64,000 nucleotides of DNA from an uncultured Anaerolineaceae bacterium (lineage in GTDB: Bacteria > Chloroflexota > Anaerolineae > Anaerolineales > Anaerolineaceae): assembly GCA_964420835.1 (NCBI GenBank), contig CAYQUO010000001.1, forward strand, positions 19,643-83,642, given 5' to 3'. Shown here in pieces: positions 9,174 to 20,357 of this stretch. The notes under the pieces were generated by a model. It saw nothing but the letters and a program-made list of their open reading frames with translations, was not told the origin of the DNA and ran no database searches. Position 1 is the first letter of the stretch, and the number at the start of each line of letters is the position of its first letter. The position numbers and the translations under genes were made by a program.

Positions 9174-9683
9174 ATGTTAAGGCAGGAGATCACCGCATTG
9201 CCCCTGTTTCAGGGGCTCAAACCGTCGCAAATGGAACTGATGGGACCATTGGTCTACCCCATGGAGTGGAAGGCCGGCGAAACCATCATTTACCAGGGAC
9301 ACCCGGCGGTGCATCTTTTTGTGCTCCTGCGCGGCGAGGTGGCGCTGGATTTCAAGACCTATGACGGTGAGCGGATCGGGATCACCCACATTTTCCCCGG
9401 GGGGATCTTTGGCTGGTCCACGGCCCTGGGCAGAGCCATTTACAGTGCCAACGCCACGGCCGTGAAAGACATCACCGCACTTCGCCTGCTGGGGAGCGAC
9501 CTGCGCAGGATCTGCAAGGAACACCCTGAAACGGGTATAATTCTCCTGGGCAATCTGGCGGACCTCATTGCCGAAAAAGCCAATGCCACGCGCGACCAGG
9601 TTTTTGGGCTTTTGTGCCAGGGGATGGAAATGCATCCCCCAAATGGCGGGAAGGACGGGAATGATGACCAGGGTGATACCTGA
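9174..9683 (+). CDS. cyclic-nucleotide-binding domain protein (stand-alone cNMP domain)
   Basis: The text LPLFQGLKPSQMELMGPL...AGETIIYQGHPAVHLFVLLRGEV...GGIFGWS is typical of Crp/PKA-type cNMP-binding folds. No HTH domain is visible. Confidence 0.7.
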   Translation: MLRQEITALPLFQGLKPSQMELMGPLVYPMEWKAGETIIYQGHPAVHLFVLLRGEVALDFKTYDGERIGITHIFPGGIFGWSTALGRAIYSANATAVKDITALRLLGSDLRRICKEHPETGIILLGNLADLIAEKANATRDQVFGLLCQGMEMHPPNGGKDGNDDQGDT

Positions 9684-9927
9684 ATATTCCAAGGCGGAGC
9701 AGTTGCGCGGCTTGATCGAGCAACTCGACTCCTACATCAACCATTATCATGGGGGCTCGGTGGAACTGGTGTCCTTCGATGGCCGGGTGGTGAAACTCCA
9801 TCTTGGCGGTGCCTGCGAGGAGTGCCCGTTGAACATGACGACCCTGCACGGGTGGGTGGAAGGCACCCTGCGGCAGTTTTTCCCGGAGATCGAAAGCGTC
9901 GAAGAGGCCATTCCGCCCCCTGCCTGA
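9661..9927 (+). CDS. NifU C-terminal (Nfu)-like Fe-S scaffold domain protein
   Basis: It contains GGSVELVSFDGRVVKLHLGGACEECPLNMTTLHGWVE (CxxC). The start is set at the internal ATG at 9661 and overlaps the upstream cNMP ORF by 23 nt. Confidence 0.65.
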   Translation: MMTRVIPEYSKAEQLRGLIEQLDSYINHYHGGSVELVSFDGRVVKLHLGGACEECPLNMTTLHGWVEGTLRQFFPEIESVEEAIPPPA

Positions 9928-9955
9928 CAATTGCAACCACAACACCCGAATAAAT

Positions 9956-9990
9956 AAAAAAACCCCCATTGCCGGTCCGCAAGGGGGTTT
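9956..9990. terminator. bidirectional rho-independent terminator between convergent genes
   Basis: The hairpin is CCCCC(A)TTGC-cggtcc-GCAAGGGGG at 9963-9987. An A7 run lies upstream (a U-run for the minus strand) and TTT downstream. It sits 5 nt after the minus-strand stop at 9996. Confidence 0.7.
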
Positions 9991-9995
9991 GCCGT

Positions 9996-10910
9996 CTATT
10001 CTGTTGCCGATCGCAGGCTCATACTGCTTGCCCGCTGTTCCCATTCCTTAACGGCGCTGCGGATGACATTCCGGGCGGATTCGTCCGGAACGCTGTCCAG
10101 GTCACCGAACTGTTCCGTCCCCAGCCAGACGGTGACCCCTCCCCCCTGGGTATCCTCGGAAAGGTGCAGGTAGCCGTTCTCATAGGGTGTGCCGATCACC
10201 TTCTCCTGCAGCACCTGGTTGATCTGTACCACGATATTTGTGGCGGCGCCTTCGGGCTCCTCTTCCTGTTCGGAGTGCTTTGCCTGCCCGGGTTGTGGGT
10301 GAGGTTCGGGAGGGGGAGGCTGCACGGCAGGCGGGGCGGGCTCGGCGAAGACCAATTCCTCCACCGGCGCGGCAGGCTCGGCTGGGACGGGCTGCTCCAA
10401 CGGTGGGAGAGGTTTAGTGACCGCAGGTTCATCCGGCACCGGCAAGGGGCCGGGGAATGGCGGCTGATCCACCGTTGTCAGCGGCTCGAAGAATGGCGGT
10501 TGATCCACCTGCGGCAGTGGCTCGGTGAATGGCGGTTGATCCACCATTGGCAGTGGCTCGGGGAAAGGTGATGGTTCTGCTGTCGCAGGCTGATCTGCCG
10601 GAGGCGCTTCGGCGGGCATTTCCGCGATCCAGGCTTCCCAGTCGCGGCTCAGCAGCCCCACGGCGCGGCGCTGTTTTTCGGTCAACTCGTCAACGCTTCG
10701 GATGAGTTTGTCGCCGATGGCGATGGCGATTCGGTTGCCTTCGCGTTCGCGCAGCAGGGTAAGCAGTTCATCGTGGTCGGGGCTGATCTTCTTTCCCCCT
10801 GCGCCTGCCTTGTCCCGGTTGCTGATGATCATGATGGCAGCAACGCCCGAAACAAACCCCACCAGGGCGAACACAATTGCGATTAATATCACCATACCAG
10901 TGGATGTCAT
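9996..10910 (-). CDS. single-pass membrane protein with proline-rich 12-aa tandem repeats
   Basis: It has an N-terminal TM segment (MTSTGMVILIAIVFALVGFVSGVAAIMII) and a repeat block EPLPMVDQPPFT/EPLPQVDQPPFF/EPLTTVDQPPFP. The start is set at the ATG at 10910. Confidence 0.5.
   Translation of the reverse strand: MTSTGMVILIAIVFALVGFVSGVAAIMIISNRDKAGAGGKKISPDHDELLTLLREREGNRIAIAIGDKLIRSVDELTEKQRRAVGLLSRDWEAWIAEMPAEAPPADQPATAEPSPFPEPLPMVDQPPFTEPLPQVDQPPFFEPLTTVDQPPFPGPLPVPDEPAVTKPLPPLEQPVPAEPAAPVEELVFAEPAPPAVQPPPPEPHPQPGQAKHSEQEEEPEGAATNIVVQINQVLQEKVIGTPYENGYLHLSEDTQGGGVTVWLGTEQFGDLDSVPDESARNVIRSAVKEWEQRASSMSLRSATE
10455..10563 (-). repeat. three tandem 36-nt repeats inside the CDS
   Basis: The unit gaatggcggytgatccacc...cagyggctcg recurs at 10455, 10491 and 10527. 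It encodes the 12-aa proline-rich repeat. Confidence 0.85.
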
Positions 10911-10970
10911 GGCAATCTCGCCGCCTATCATTAATATCTTAATAAGTATACCGGAAAACCGACCTTGCAA

Positions 10971-11807
10971 TCACCTTTCAATTTCGAAAGGTTGGCAAAA
11001 AGGGCAATAATGGGTCGAACGCTGGCTGACCAGGATGCGTTCAATGGGTCTTTTGCAGCGGGGGCAGGGTTGACTGGTGCGTCCATAGACCCTGAAGTTG
11101 TTTTGGAAACCACCGCCGCGGTAAGCCCAATCGATGCTGGCTCCATTGAGCCGGATGCCCTCCCGCAGGGTTTGGCGAACCGCAGCGAGGAGGCGGTCGG
11201 CTTCGCTGCGGCCCAGGCTGCAGGCAGGGCGGCAGGGGTGCAGGCGGGCGCGGTGTAGGGCTTCGTCGCTGTAGATGTTGCCCAGGCCGGCCAGGAAGGA
11301 CTGGTCTAGGAGGAGGGCCTTGAGACGGGTGCGCCTCGCCTGGAGCATGGCGTGGAAGCGGGCGGGAGCCAGGGTTTCATCCAGGGGTTCCGGGCCCAGG
11401 CCGCCGAGCAGACCGCCGGGGTCATCGGTCAGCCACAGGCGGCCGAACTTGCGGGTGTCGTTAAAAACCAGGCGCATTCCATCCACAAAGGAGATGGCCG
11501 CCCGGTCGTGCGGTTGAAACGGCTGGTCCGCTGAATCCGGTTCCACGCGCAGGTCGCCGCTCATGCGCAGGTGGATGAGCAGGGTGTGGCGGTCGAGGTG
11601 GACAAGGATGAATTTTCCCCGACGGGTCACGTCCCGAACGGTCTGCCCGGGGAGGGCGTTTTCAAGTTCCCGCCAGGTTGGGCTGGCAAGGGCTCCAGGC
11701 CAGAAAAGGGTTGCCGAGCGGATGGTCTTCCCGGGAAGGGGGTCGCCGCCCCGCCCGCCCTGGCGCAGCGCCCGGACAATGGTCTCAACTTCCGGTAGTT
11801 CAGGCAT
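10971..11807 (-). CDS. mutM: formamidopyrimidine-DNA glycosylase
   Basis: It has the MPELPEVE N-terminus and the C-terminal zinc finger CPRCKRPI...YCPFCQ. Confidence 0.93.
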   Translation of the reverse strand: MPELPEVETIVRALRQGGRGGDPLPGKTIRSATLFWPGALASPTWRELENALPGQTVRDVTRRGKFILVHLDRHTLLIHLRMSGDLRVEPDSADQPFQPHDRAAISFVDGMRLVFNDTRKFGRLWLTDDPGGLLGGLGPEPLDETLAPARFHAMLQARRTRLKALLLDQSFLAGLGNIYSDEALHRARLHPCRPACSLGRSEADRLLAAVRQTLREGIRLNGASIDWAYRGGGFQNNFRVYGRTSQPCPRCKRPIERILVSQRSTHYCPFCQPFEIER

Positions 11808-11837
11808 GGGAGTGCGGGATGGCGGCTGCCGGCGGCA

Positions 11838-12827
11838 TCACTCGTTGAACATTTCGCCTACGCTGCGGCCTTCGTTTGCCCGGCGGATGACCTCCCCCAG
11901 CAGTGAAGCCGTGGAGAGGATCGTGATGCGGTCGCCAAAAAAGGCCATCTTCTCCGGGGGGATTGGGATGGTATCGGTGGTGATGAAGCGGGTTACCGGC
12001 AGTGCCGAAAGGCGCTCGGCGGCGTTCCCCGAGAGCAGGGGGTGGACAAAGGAGATGTACACATCGCGGGCGCCGTATTCCTTGACGATCTTGACCGCCT
12101 GGGCGATCGAGCCGCCGGTGTCCACCTCGTCGTCAACGATGACCACATCCCGGTCGAAGACATCGCCGATGAGGGTGAGGGCTTCAGCCTTGGAGTCGTT
12201 GCTCAGGCGCCGTTTTTCAATAAAGGCCATGGGAACATCCAGCCCGGCGGCGAAGTTGCGGCCCTTCTTGGCAAAACCGAGGTCGGCCGTGACGACCACG
12301 GGGTTGATCATCTTCGGTTTCAGCGATTTGAGGTGATCGTTGAGGAGGTAAAAGGTGGTGAGAACATCCCCGGGAATGGAGAAAAAGCCCTGGATTTGCC
12401 CGGCGTGCAGGTCGAGGGTGATGTAGCGGTCGGCGCCCGCCACTTCGATCATATCCGCCACCAGGCGGGCCGAAATGGGCACCCGGGGCTGGTCCTTCTT
12501 ATCGGAGCGGGAATAGCAAAGGTAGGGGATGACCGCGGTGATGCGGGCAGCCGAATCCAGGCGCAGGGTCTGGATGAGCAGGAGCATTTCCATCAGGTTC
12601 CGATGGACCGGGCGCGAGGTGGTCTGGATGACGTAGCAATCCTGCCCGCGTACACTGCTGTGCAGTTTTACAAAAAGGTTGTCGTTGGGAAACTGGATGA
12701 CATCCCGGCCACAAAGTTCAATGTTCAGGTATTCGGCGATACGCTCGGAAAGGTCCGGGCTGGCAGTGCCCGCGTACAATTTGATCTCGCCGTACATGCG
12801 TTCGTGGCGGTGGTAGGTAACCGACAT
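11838..12827 (-). CDS. prs: ribose-phosphate pyrophosphokinase
   Basis: It contains DLHAGQIQGFF and the PRPP loop VIVDDEVDTGGS. The start is set at ATG 12827 (MSVTYHR). The listed 505-aa ORF has an implausible N-terminal extension that overlaps aspS. Confidence 0.92.
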   Translation of the reverse strand: MSVTYHRHERMYGEIKLYAGTASPDLSERIAEYLNIELCGRDVIQFPNDNLFVKLHSSVRGQDCYVIQTTSRPVHRNLMEMLLLIQTLRLDSAARITAVIPYLCYSRSDKKDQPRVPISARLVADMIEVAGADRYITLDLHAGQIQGFFSIPGDVLTTFYLLNDHLKSLKPKMINPVVVTADLGFAKKGRNFAAGLDVPMAFIEKRRLSNDSKAEALTLIGDVFDRDVVIVDDEVDTGGSIAQAVKIVKEYGARDVYISFVHPLLSGNAAERLSALPVTRFITTDTIPIPPEKMAFFGDRITILSTASLLGEVIRRANEGRSVGEMFNE

Positions 12828-12837
12828 GGCAAACTCC

Positions 12838-14157
12838 TTATGGGTGCAGGCGGTTGGGCCCGCGGAAAAGATAAACGGCCTCGCGCACATTGGCCAGGTC
12901 GAGCATGGACATGAGGGTGCGCGAAAGGCCCAGGCCAAAGCCGCCGTGGGAGGGGCAGCCGTAACGGAAGAAATCCAGGTAGAAGCGGATGGGCTCAAGG
13001 CTGAGGCCCTTTTCCTGTGCCTGTCGGACCAGCACATCATAGCGGTGCTCGCGCTGGGCGCCGGTGGTGATCTCGAGCCCGTTGGCCAGCAGGTCAAAGG
13101 AGCGGGTGAGCCCGGGATTGTCGGGGTGGCGCATGTGGTAGAACGGGCGGACGTTGATGGGCCAGTCGGTGACGAAAACGAAATCGTGGCCCATTTCGCG
13201 CTTGATGTGGTCTGCCAGGGCGCGCTCGCCGCCGGGGTCCAGGTCGCCATGGCGGTCCGCTGGAAGCGGGTAGTTCTCCTTCCTGAGGATCTCCTGGGCC
13301 TGGGCCATGGTGATGCGCGGGAAGGGGATGGAGGGCACCTTGATCTCCCTGCCAAGAAGTTCCTGCACCTCCGGGCCGTGAACGTCCTTCACCCGCTGCC
13401 AGGTGTACTGCAGCCAGCCCTCCATGAAGTCCATCACTTCGTGGTGGTCGTCGATCCACGACATTTCCATGTCGACGCCGGTGAATTCCGTCATGTGGCG
13501 GGAGGTGAAGGAGGGGTCGGCGCGGAAGACGGGGCCGATTTCGAAGACACGCTCGAAGCCGGCCGCCATGCCCATCTGCTTGTAGAACTGGGGCGACTGT
13601 GCCAGGTAGGCCTTGCGCTCGAAATAGGGCAGTTCGAAGAGTTCGGCTCCGCTTTCGCTGGGGCTGCCCATTAACTTGGGGGTGTGGATCTCGATGAAGC
13701 CGTGCCGGATCCAGTACTCGCGCATGGCCATCTCGGCCGTGGTCTGCACCCGGAAGATGGCCAGGTTGGCCGGGCGCCGCAGGTCCAGGTAGCGCCAGTC
13801 GAGGCGGAAGTCGAGGGCCGGCAGGGTCTCGCCAAAGGGGTCAAAGGGCAGCAGCGGCTCGGCGGCGTTGTTCACCTCCAGGGTTTCCAACTGCAGTTCC
13901 AGGCCATTCAGTTTCACCACCGGGTTGTCAACCACGCTGCCGGTGATGGTGAGCGCCGATTCAACCCCCAGGCGCGAGATCTCCGCAGCCAGGGGCTCGT
14001 TGCCGGGTATCCAATTGGCCACCTGCACCAGGCCGGTGCGGTCGCGCAGGATGAGGAACTGCATCTTCTTCTGGTCGCGCAGGGTCTGCAGCCACCCCTG
14101 AATTTTGACCTTTTGCCCGATGTGCCGGCGAAGGTCACCAATGTTCGTTCTTTGCAT
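12838..14157 (-). CDS. aspS: aspartate--tRNA ligase, archaeal/type-2 form
   Basis: It is about 440 aa with an OB-fold N-terminus (KVKIQGWLQTLRDQKKMQFLILRD). Class II motifs GPVFRADPS and GGFGLGLSR are present. I prefer the ATG at 14157 because AGGAG lies 8 nt upstream. Confidence 0.9.
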   Translation of the reverse strand: MQRTNIGDLRRHIGQKVKIQGWLQTLRDQKKMQFLILRDRTGLVQVANWIPGNEPLAAEISRLGVESALTITGSVVDNPVVKLNGLELQLETLEVNNAAEPLLPFDPFGETLPALDFRLDWRYLDLRRPANLAIFRVQTTAEMAMREYWIRHGFIEIHTPKLMGSPSESGAELFELPYFERKAYLAQSPQFYKQMGMAAGFERVFEIGPVFRADPSFTSRHMTEFTGVDMEMSWIDDHHEVMDFMEGWLQYTWQRVKDVHGPEVQELLGREIKVPSIPFPRITMAQAQEILRKENYPLPADRHGDLDPGGERALADHIKREMGHDFVFVTDWPINVRPFYHMRHPDNPGLTRSFDLLANGLEITTGAQREHRYDVLVRQAQEKGLSLEPIRFYLDFFRYGCPSHGGFGLGLSRTLMSMLDLANVREAVYLFRGPNRLHP

Positions 14158-14192
14158 CCAGGTCACTCCTGATGAGAATAATGTTCACCTGT

Positions 14193-15176
14193 CTATTTTA
14201 CTTCCATCCGGGCCAATGCGGCAGCCGCCTGGCGGGGCGAGGTGCGGCGGGCGAGCAGGCTCCGCAGGGTGCGTTCATATTCCCCGGGGGGCACCCGCTC
14301 CTGCCAGCGGGCGAGTAGGTCCCGCTGCAGCAGGGCATCCAGTTCATGCTGCAGGCGCTGCCCGTCGCTGCGCTGCCAGGTCCCGCTCTCCTTCAGCCAC
14401 TGGCGGTGCTGGTGGATCATGTCAACCAGGTCCGGCAGGCCTTCCCCCGTGGTCGCCACGGTGGGCAGCACCGGCACCATCCACGCCTCCGGCCGGCCCG
14501 TGCCGCCGGAAGTGCCGGCCAGCGACAACATGGCCTGCAGCGCACGCACGGCTTCCTCGACGCCCGGCCGGTCGGCCTTGTTGACCACCAGGATGTCGGC
14601 GATCTCCAGGATGCCGGCCTTGATGGCCTGCACCTCGTCGCCCAGCCCGGGGGCTTCCACGACCAGGGTGGTGTGGGCCAGGCGGGCAATGTCCACTTCG
14701 GTCTGCCCGGCACCAACGGTTTCGACGATGATCGCCTCAAATCCGGCGGCATCCAGCGCGTGGACAACCGCCGGGCAGGTGCGCGAAAGGCCTCCGGCCG
14801 AGCCGCGGCTGGCCATCGAGCGGATGAAGGCGCCCGGGTCGGCAGCTAGGTCTCGCATGCGCAGCCGGTCACCAAGAACGGCGCCGCCGCTGAACGGGCT
14901 GGTTGGGTCCACCGCCACCACGGCCAACGTTTGGGGCGGGCGGCCCTGGGCGCCCTCCCGAAGGCATTTCCCCAGGCGGTTGACCAGGGTGGATTTTCCG
15001 GTGCCGGTGGCACCGGTGACGCCGATGATGTGGGCGTGCCCGGTATGGGGGAAGAGCGCATCGAGAACGACCTGCCCTGCGGGCGATTCGTCCTCAAGCA
15101 GGGTTAACAGGCGGGCAAGGGCAATTCGGTCTCCCTCCAGGATGGCGCGGGTGGGGCTGTGGTCGGGAGTGCTCAA
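14193..15176 (-). CDS. meaB: methylmalonyl-CoA mutase-associated G-protein chaperone (MeaB/ArgK)
   Basis: It has the P-loop [12 protein letters not shown] and the NKAD motif (VVNKADRPG). The TTG start at 15176 overlaps the upstream TGA. The listed 474-aa ORF is a read-through artefact across two genes. Confidence 0.82.
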   Translation of the reverse strand: MSTPDHSPTRAILEGDRIALARLLTLLEDESPAGQVVLDALFPHTGHAHIIGVTGATGTGKSTLVNRLGKCLREGAQGRPPQTLAVVAVDPTSPFSGGAVLGDRLRMRDLAADPGAFIRSMASRGSAGGLSRTCPAVVHALDAAGFEAIIVETVGAGQTEVDIARLAHTTLVVEAPGLGDEVQAIKAGILEIADILVVNKADRPGVEEAVRALQAMLSLAGTSGGTGRPEAWMVPVLPTVATTGEGLPDLVDMIHQHRQWLKESGTWQRSDGQRLQHELDALLQRDLLARWQERVPPGEYERTLRSLLARRTSPRQAAAALARMEVK

Positions 15177-15583
15177 GGGGCCGGTGCACCCCGAACAAAG
15201 GAGGTGATCTCTTCCACCATGCGCGTGGTGGAGGTTCCCGGGCCGTAAACAGCCCGCACACCAAGGGCAAGCAGCCCGGGGATGTCGGCGGGCGGGAAGA
15301 TGCCGCCGGCGACCACGCAGATATCCTGCCGGCCGGTGTCTTTCAACAGTTCCAGCAGGCGCGGGATGAGGCTCTCGTGGGCGCCCGAAAGGATGGAAAG
15401 GCCGATGACGTCTACATCTTCCTGCAGGGCGGCCGCGGCGATCATTTCCGGTGTTTGGCGCAGGCCGGTGTAGATCACCTCCATGCCGGCATCGCGCAGG
15501 GCGCGGGCCACCACCTTGGCCCCCCGGTCGTGCCCATCCAGCCCCGGTTTGGCGATCAGTACGCGGATCTTCTTTTCGGCCAT
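15173..15583 (-). CDS. methylmalonyl-CoA mutase, B12-binding (small) subunit
   Basis: It reads [25 protein letters not shown], which carries the DxHxxG cobalamin-binding motif. The ATG at 15583 is preceded by AGGAG. No catalytic large subunit is present in the window. Confidence 0.85.
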   Translation of the reverse strand: MAEKKIRVLIAKPGLDGHDRGAKVVARALRDAGMEVIYTGLRQTPEMIAAAALQEDVDVIGLSILSGAHESLIPRLLELLKDTGRQDICVVAGGIFPPADIPGLLALGVRAVYGPGTSTTRMVEEITSFVRGAPAP

Positions 15584-15693
15584 CACCAACTCCTGTGAAT
15601 GCAACCTGCCCCTTCATTATACTTCACACGGGCTGCAACCTGTTTGGTGTATAATGGGGGAACTGCTCCACCGGTAATGTGAGGGAACACCAG

Positions 15694-15716
15694 GCCGCCG
15701 CGAGAACCGCGGCGGC
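15694..15716 (+). promoter_or_regulatory. stable hairpin in the gyrA 5' leader
   Basis: gccgccgcg-agaac-cgcggcggc forms 9 perfect G/C-rich bp with a 5-nt loop and no U-tract. It lies 65 nt upstream of the gyrA ATG. Confidence 0.4.
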
Positions 15717-15780
15717 GGCTGTGTAGAGCCCGGAAGGAGCACCAGCGAACCAGTGTAACCACCCAAGGCAGGAACCACCT

Positions 15781-18242
<2,462 letters not shown>

Positions 18243-18246
<4 letters not shown>

Positions 18247-18455
18247 TAGATGGGGGGAACGACCTTCTCAAAGGCCAGCAGGGCAAAAGCCCCCAGCACG
18301 CAGACCATGAGAAGCAGCAGCAGGGCGATGACAAAACGCTGTTTTGCCGTCATGCCCAGGAAGTTGCCCTTTTCCCTTGCCGGCCGGGCCGGAACGGGCG
18401 ATTTCGGCGGCTCCTCCTCTGGCGTGGAAATTGAGTCTCGCAGGTCATCCAGCAT
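18243..18455 (-). CDS. small single-TM protein, function unknown
   Basis: The 70-aa protein has one clear TM helix ([22 protein letters not shown]). It lies 3 nt downstream of birA, and its 3' end overlaps the gyrA stop. Confidence 0.35.
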
Positions 18456-18458
18456 CCT

Positions 18459-19250
18459 TCACCTCCCGGGTTCGATCGGGCGCAAACGAACATCACCCGC
18501 TTCTATTGCAATCTCTGTGCCATCCTCCAACTGCAGCCTCAGGCTTCCGCCGGGGTTCAGCCCCAGCACCCTCCCGCTCACCCGGGTTGCACCGTCCTTT
18601 TCCCCCTGTACCATTTGCCCCTTAAAGGCCAGGCGCTGTTCCCAGGCCTGAAGGAAGGCAGCCTCGGGCAACAGCCGGCGCCATTCCAGCAGGCTGGTGA
18701 GCAGGCTCACGAGCAGGGCCTGGCGGTCCACCGGCCTGCCGAGCAGCCCCTCCAGGCAGGCTGCCGGCAGGTTCAACCCGGCTTGGGGTGGCAGGGAGGC
18801 CGGGGTGACGTTGACGCCGATGCCGACGACAACCGCAGACAGCACCCCGCCCTGCCAGACGGATTCGGCAAGCACGCCGGCGATCTTTTTCCCGTCAACG
18901 AGCACATCATTGGGCCACTTCACCACGCTTTGCAGGCCGTAATCGTTCTGCAGGGTGCTGCTGAGGGCCATGGCTCCCAGCGGGGAAAACAAGCCCGGCA
19001 GCCTGGCCTCGGCCGGCAGCGGGTGCAGGACCAGGCTGAAGATGAGCGATGAGCCCGGCCGGCTCAGCCAGCGGCGGTCCAGCCGGCCGCGGCCGGCGGT
19101 CTGCTGGTTGGCAACCACCAGGGCCATGTCGGGGGCGCCTTCGGCAGCCCAGCCCAGCGCCACATCGTTGGTGGAACCGGTGCTGTTAAAGTAACGCAGC
19201 CCGGCAACCGGGAGCCCCGCCAGGGCATTTTGCAGGCTTTGCCGGTCCAT
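18459..19250 (-). CDS. birA: biotin--[acetyl-CoA-carboxylase] ligase (class I, no HTH)
   Basis: It has STGSTND and GRGRLDRRW motifs. I prefer the ATG at 19250. The listed TTG at 19340 lies inside the hairpin that follows hsp20. Confidence 0.82.
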   Translation of the reverse strand: MDRQSLQNALAGLPVAGLRYFNSTGSTNDVALGWAAEGAPDMALVVANQQTAGRGRLDRRWLSRPGSSLIFSLVLHPLPAEARLPGLFSPLGAMALSSTLQNDYGLQSVVKWPNDVLVDGKKIAGVLAESVWQGGVLSAVVVGIGVNVTPASLPPQAGLNLPAACLEGLLGRPVDRQALLVSLLTSLLEWRRLLPEAAFLQAWEQRLAFKGQMVQGEKDGATRVSGRVLGLNPGGSLRLQLEDGTEIAIEAGDVRLRPIEPGR

Positions 19251-19361
19251 GCCAGGATTGTACCTTAAATCGATAGGCGCCGAATCAAATCCCGGCGGCA
19301 GGGAATTTGCCGCCGGGTTGAAGGGAGATAAGGCCGGCAATTGCAGCCGGCCGTGCCGCCT

Positions 19362-19772
19362 TTACTTATAACTGACCTTGATGCTCTTGGGCTTGGCTTC
19401 CTCGGCCTTGGGCACCCGCAGCACAAGCACGCCATCCTTCAGGTTGGCCTCGGCCTTGGCCGAGTTCATCGGCTCGGGCAGGGTCACCGTGCGGCAGAAC
19501 CTGCCGGAGGGGCGCTCTTCCAACAGGTAGTTGGCGCCTTCCTCGCGGTCGTTGTGCAGTTCGCCCTGGATGCTGACGGTTTCATTGACGACCTGGATGT
19601 TCAGGTCTTCGGCTTTTACGCCGGGGATGAGTGCGGTGATGATGTAATCATCCGCCTCGGCTTTCACGTCCACGGGGACGATCACTTCGGGCTCGTAAGC
19701 CGGCCAATCGGGATCCATCATTCTCTCCAGCATGCGTCGCCGGCGGGTAAACGGGGTGATGTAGTATGTCAT
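19362..19772 (-). CDS. Hsp20/alpha-crystallin family small heat-shock protein
   Basis: The 136-aa protein has an alpha-crystallin domain (VDVKAEADDYIITALIPGVKAEDLNIQV...DGVLVLRVPK). Confidence 0.9.
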   Translation of the reverse strand: MTYYITPFTRRRRMLERMMDPDWPAYEPEVIVPVDVKAEADDYIITALIPGVKAEDLNIQVVNETVSIQGELHNDREEGANYLLEERPSGRFCRTVTLPEPMNSAKAEANLKDGVLVLRVPKAEEAKPKSIKVSYK

Positions 19773-19988
19773 TTCAAACCTCCTGTAAAATCCTATCCTT
19801 CTTTTCGGGTTTAACTGCCTTCAGTATATTCGGCCAGTATCAGAGCAATACAAGAGAAGCATCAGCGTATTATCAGAAATTTCACCCTGGCTGCCGCCGC
19901 GGAAGGCGGGACGGCTTTCCCCGGGCGGATGCGGGCAGGAGAAAATTTGTGGTATCATCAACGGCAGGCAACGGAGAAATTAACTTCA

Positions 19989-20357
19989 ATGGAAGATCGC
20001 ATTACCATCATCGAGGGGCCGCCGCCCGTTTTTGAGAGCATCAATGACGGCTGGGCCCTGGGCTTGAATGAAAGCCCATACATGTACGACATGGCCCTCA
20101 CCCATGTACGGACCTTTAACGGGCCCGCCCTGGTGGAGCGCTGCTACCGCGCCTGGAGCCGCCAAGACCCCATTTATCTCCATTACCGCAACGAAATCGG
20201 CCTGGAGGAGAAGGCACCCATCCTGGCTGCCCGCTCGGTGGAGACCGCCGAAGGCCAGATGCTCATGTTGTGGATCCGCCTGGAACCGCAGTTGGAAGAT
20301 GAGGATATGGAGATCGACCTGGACGAAGGCGACGAGGACCTGACCACGGGAAAATGA
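19989..20357 (+). CDS. hypothetical protein with acidic C-terminal tail
   Basis: The 122-aa protein ends in EPQLEDEDMEIDLDEGDEDL. Its stop overlaps the next start (ATGA). I recognise no family. Confidence 0.45.
   Translation: MEDRITIIEGPPPVFESINDGWALGLNESPYMYDMALTHVRTFNGPALVERCYRAWSRQDPIYLHYRNEIGLEEKAPILAARSVETAEGQMLMLWIRLEPQLEDEDMEIDLDEGDEDLTTGK

Noticed and set aside
10455-10563. Short tandem DNA repeats considered as a CRISPR-like or intergenic repeat array.
   Set aside because: The repeats are directly adjacent with no spacers and have a 36-nt period. They lie inside a CDS and translate into a coherent 12-aa proline-rich repeat.
12828-13355. An N-terminal extension of prs, from the 505-aa ORF listed at 11838-13355.
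   Set aside because: The extension is Ser/Pro/Ala/Thr-rich nonsense that overlaps the 3' end of aspS in another frame. PRPP synthetase homology starts at MSVTYHR (ATG 12827).
14193-15617. A single 474-aa ORF covering the MeaB region plus an Arg/Pro-rich N-terminus.
   Set aside because: The N-terminal third is an out-of-frame read-through over the MCM B12-subunit gene (15173-15583), which has its own RBS and the DxHxxG motif. MeaB-like sequence only begins near the TTG at 15176.
19251-19340. The TTG start at 19340 for birA.
   Set aside because: The TTG lies within the GGCCGGC...GCCGGCC hairpin that follows the hsp20 stop. The ATG at 19250 gives a class I BirA of normal length starting about 20 aa before the GSTND motif.
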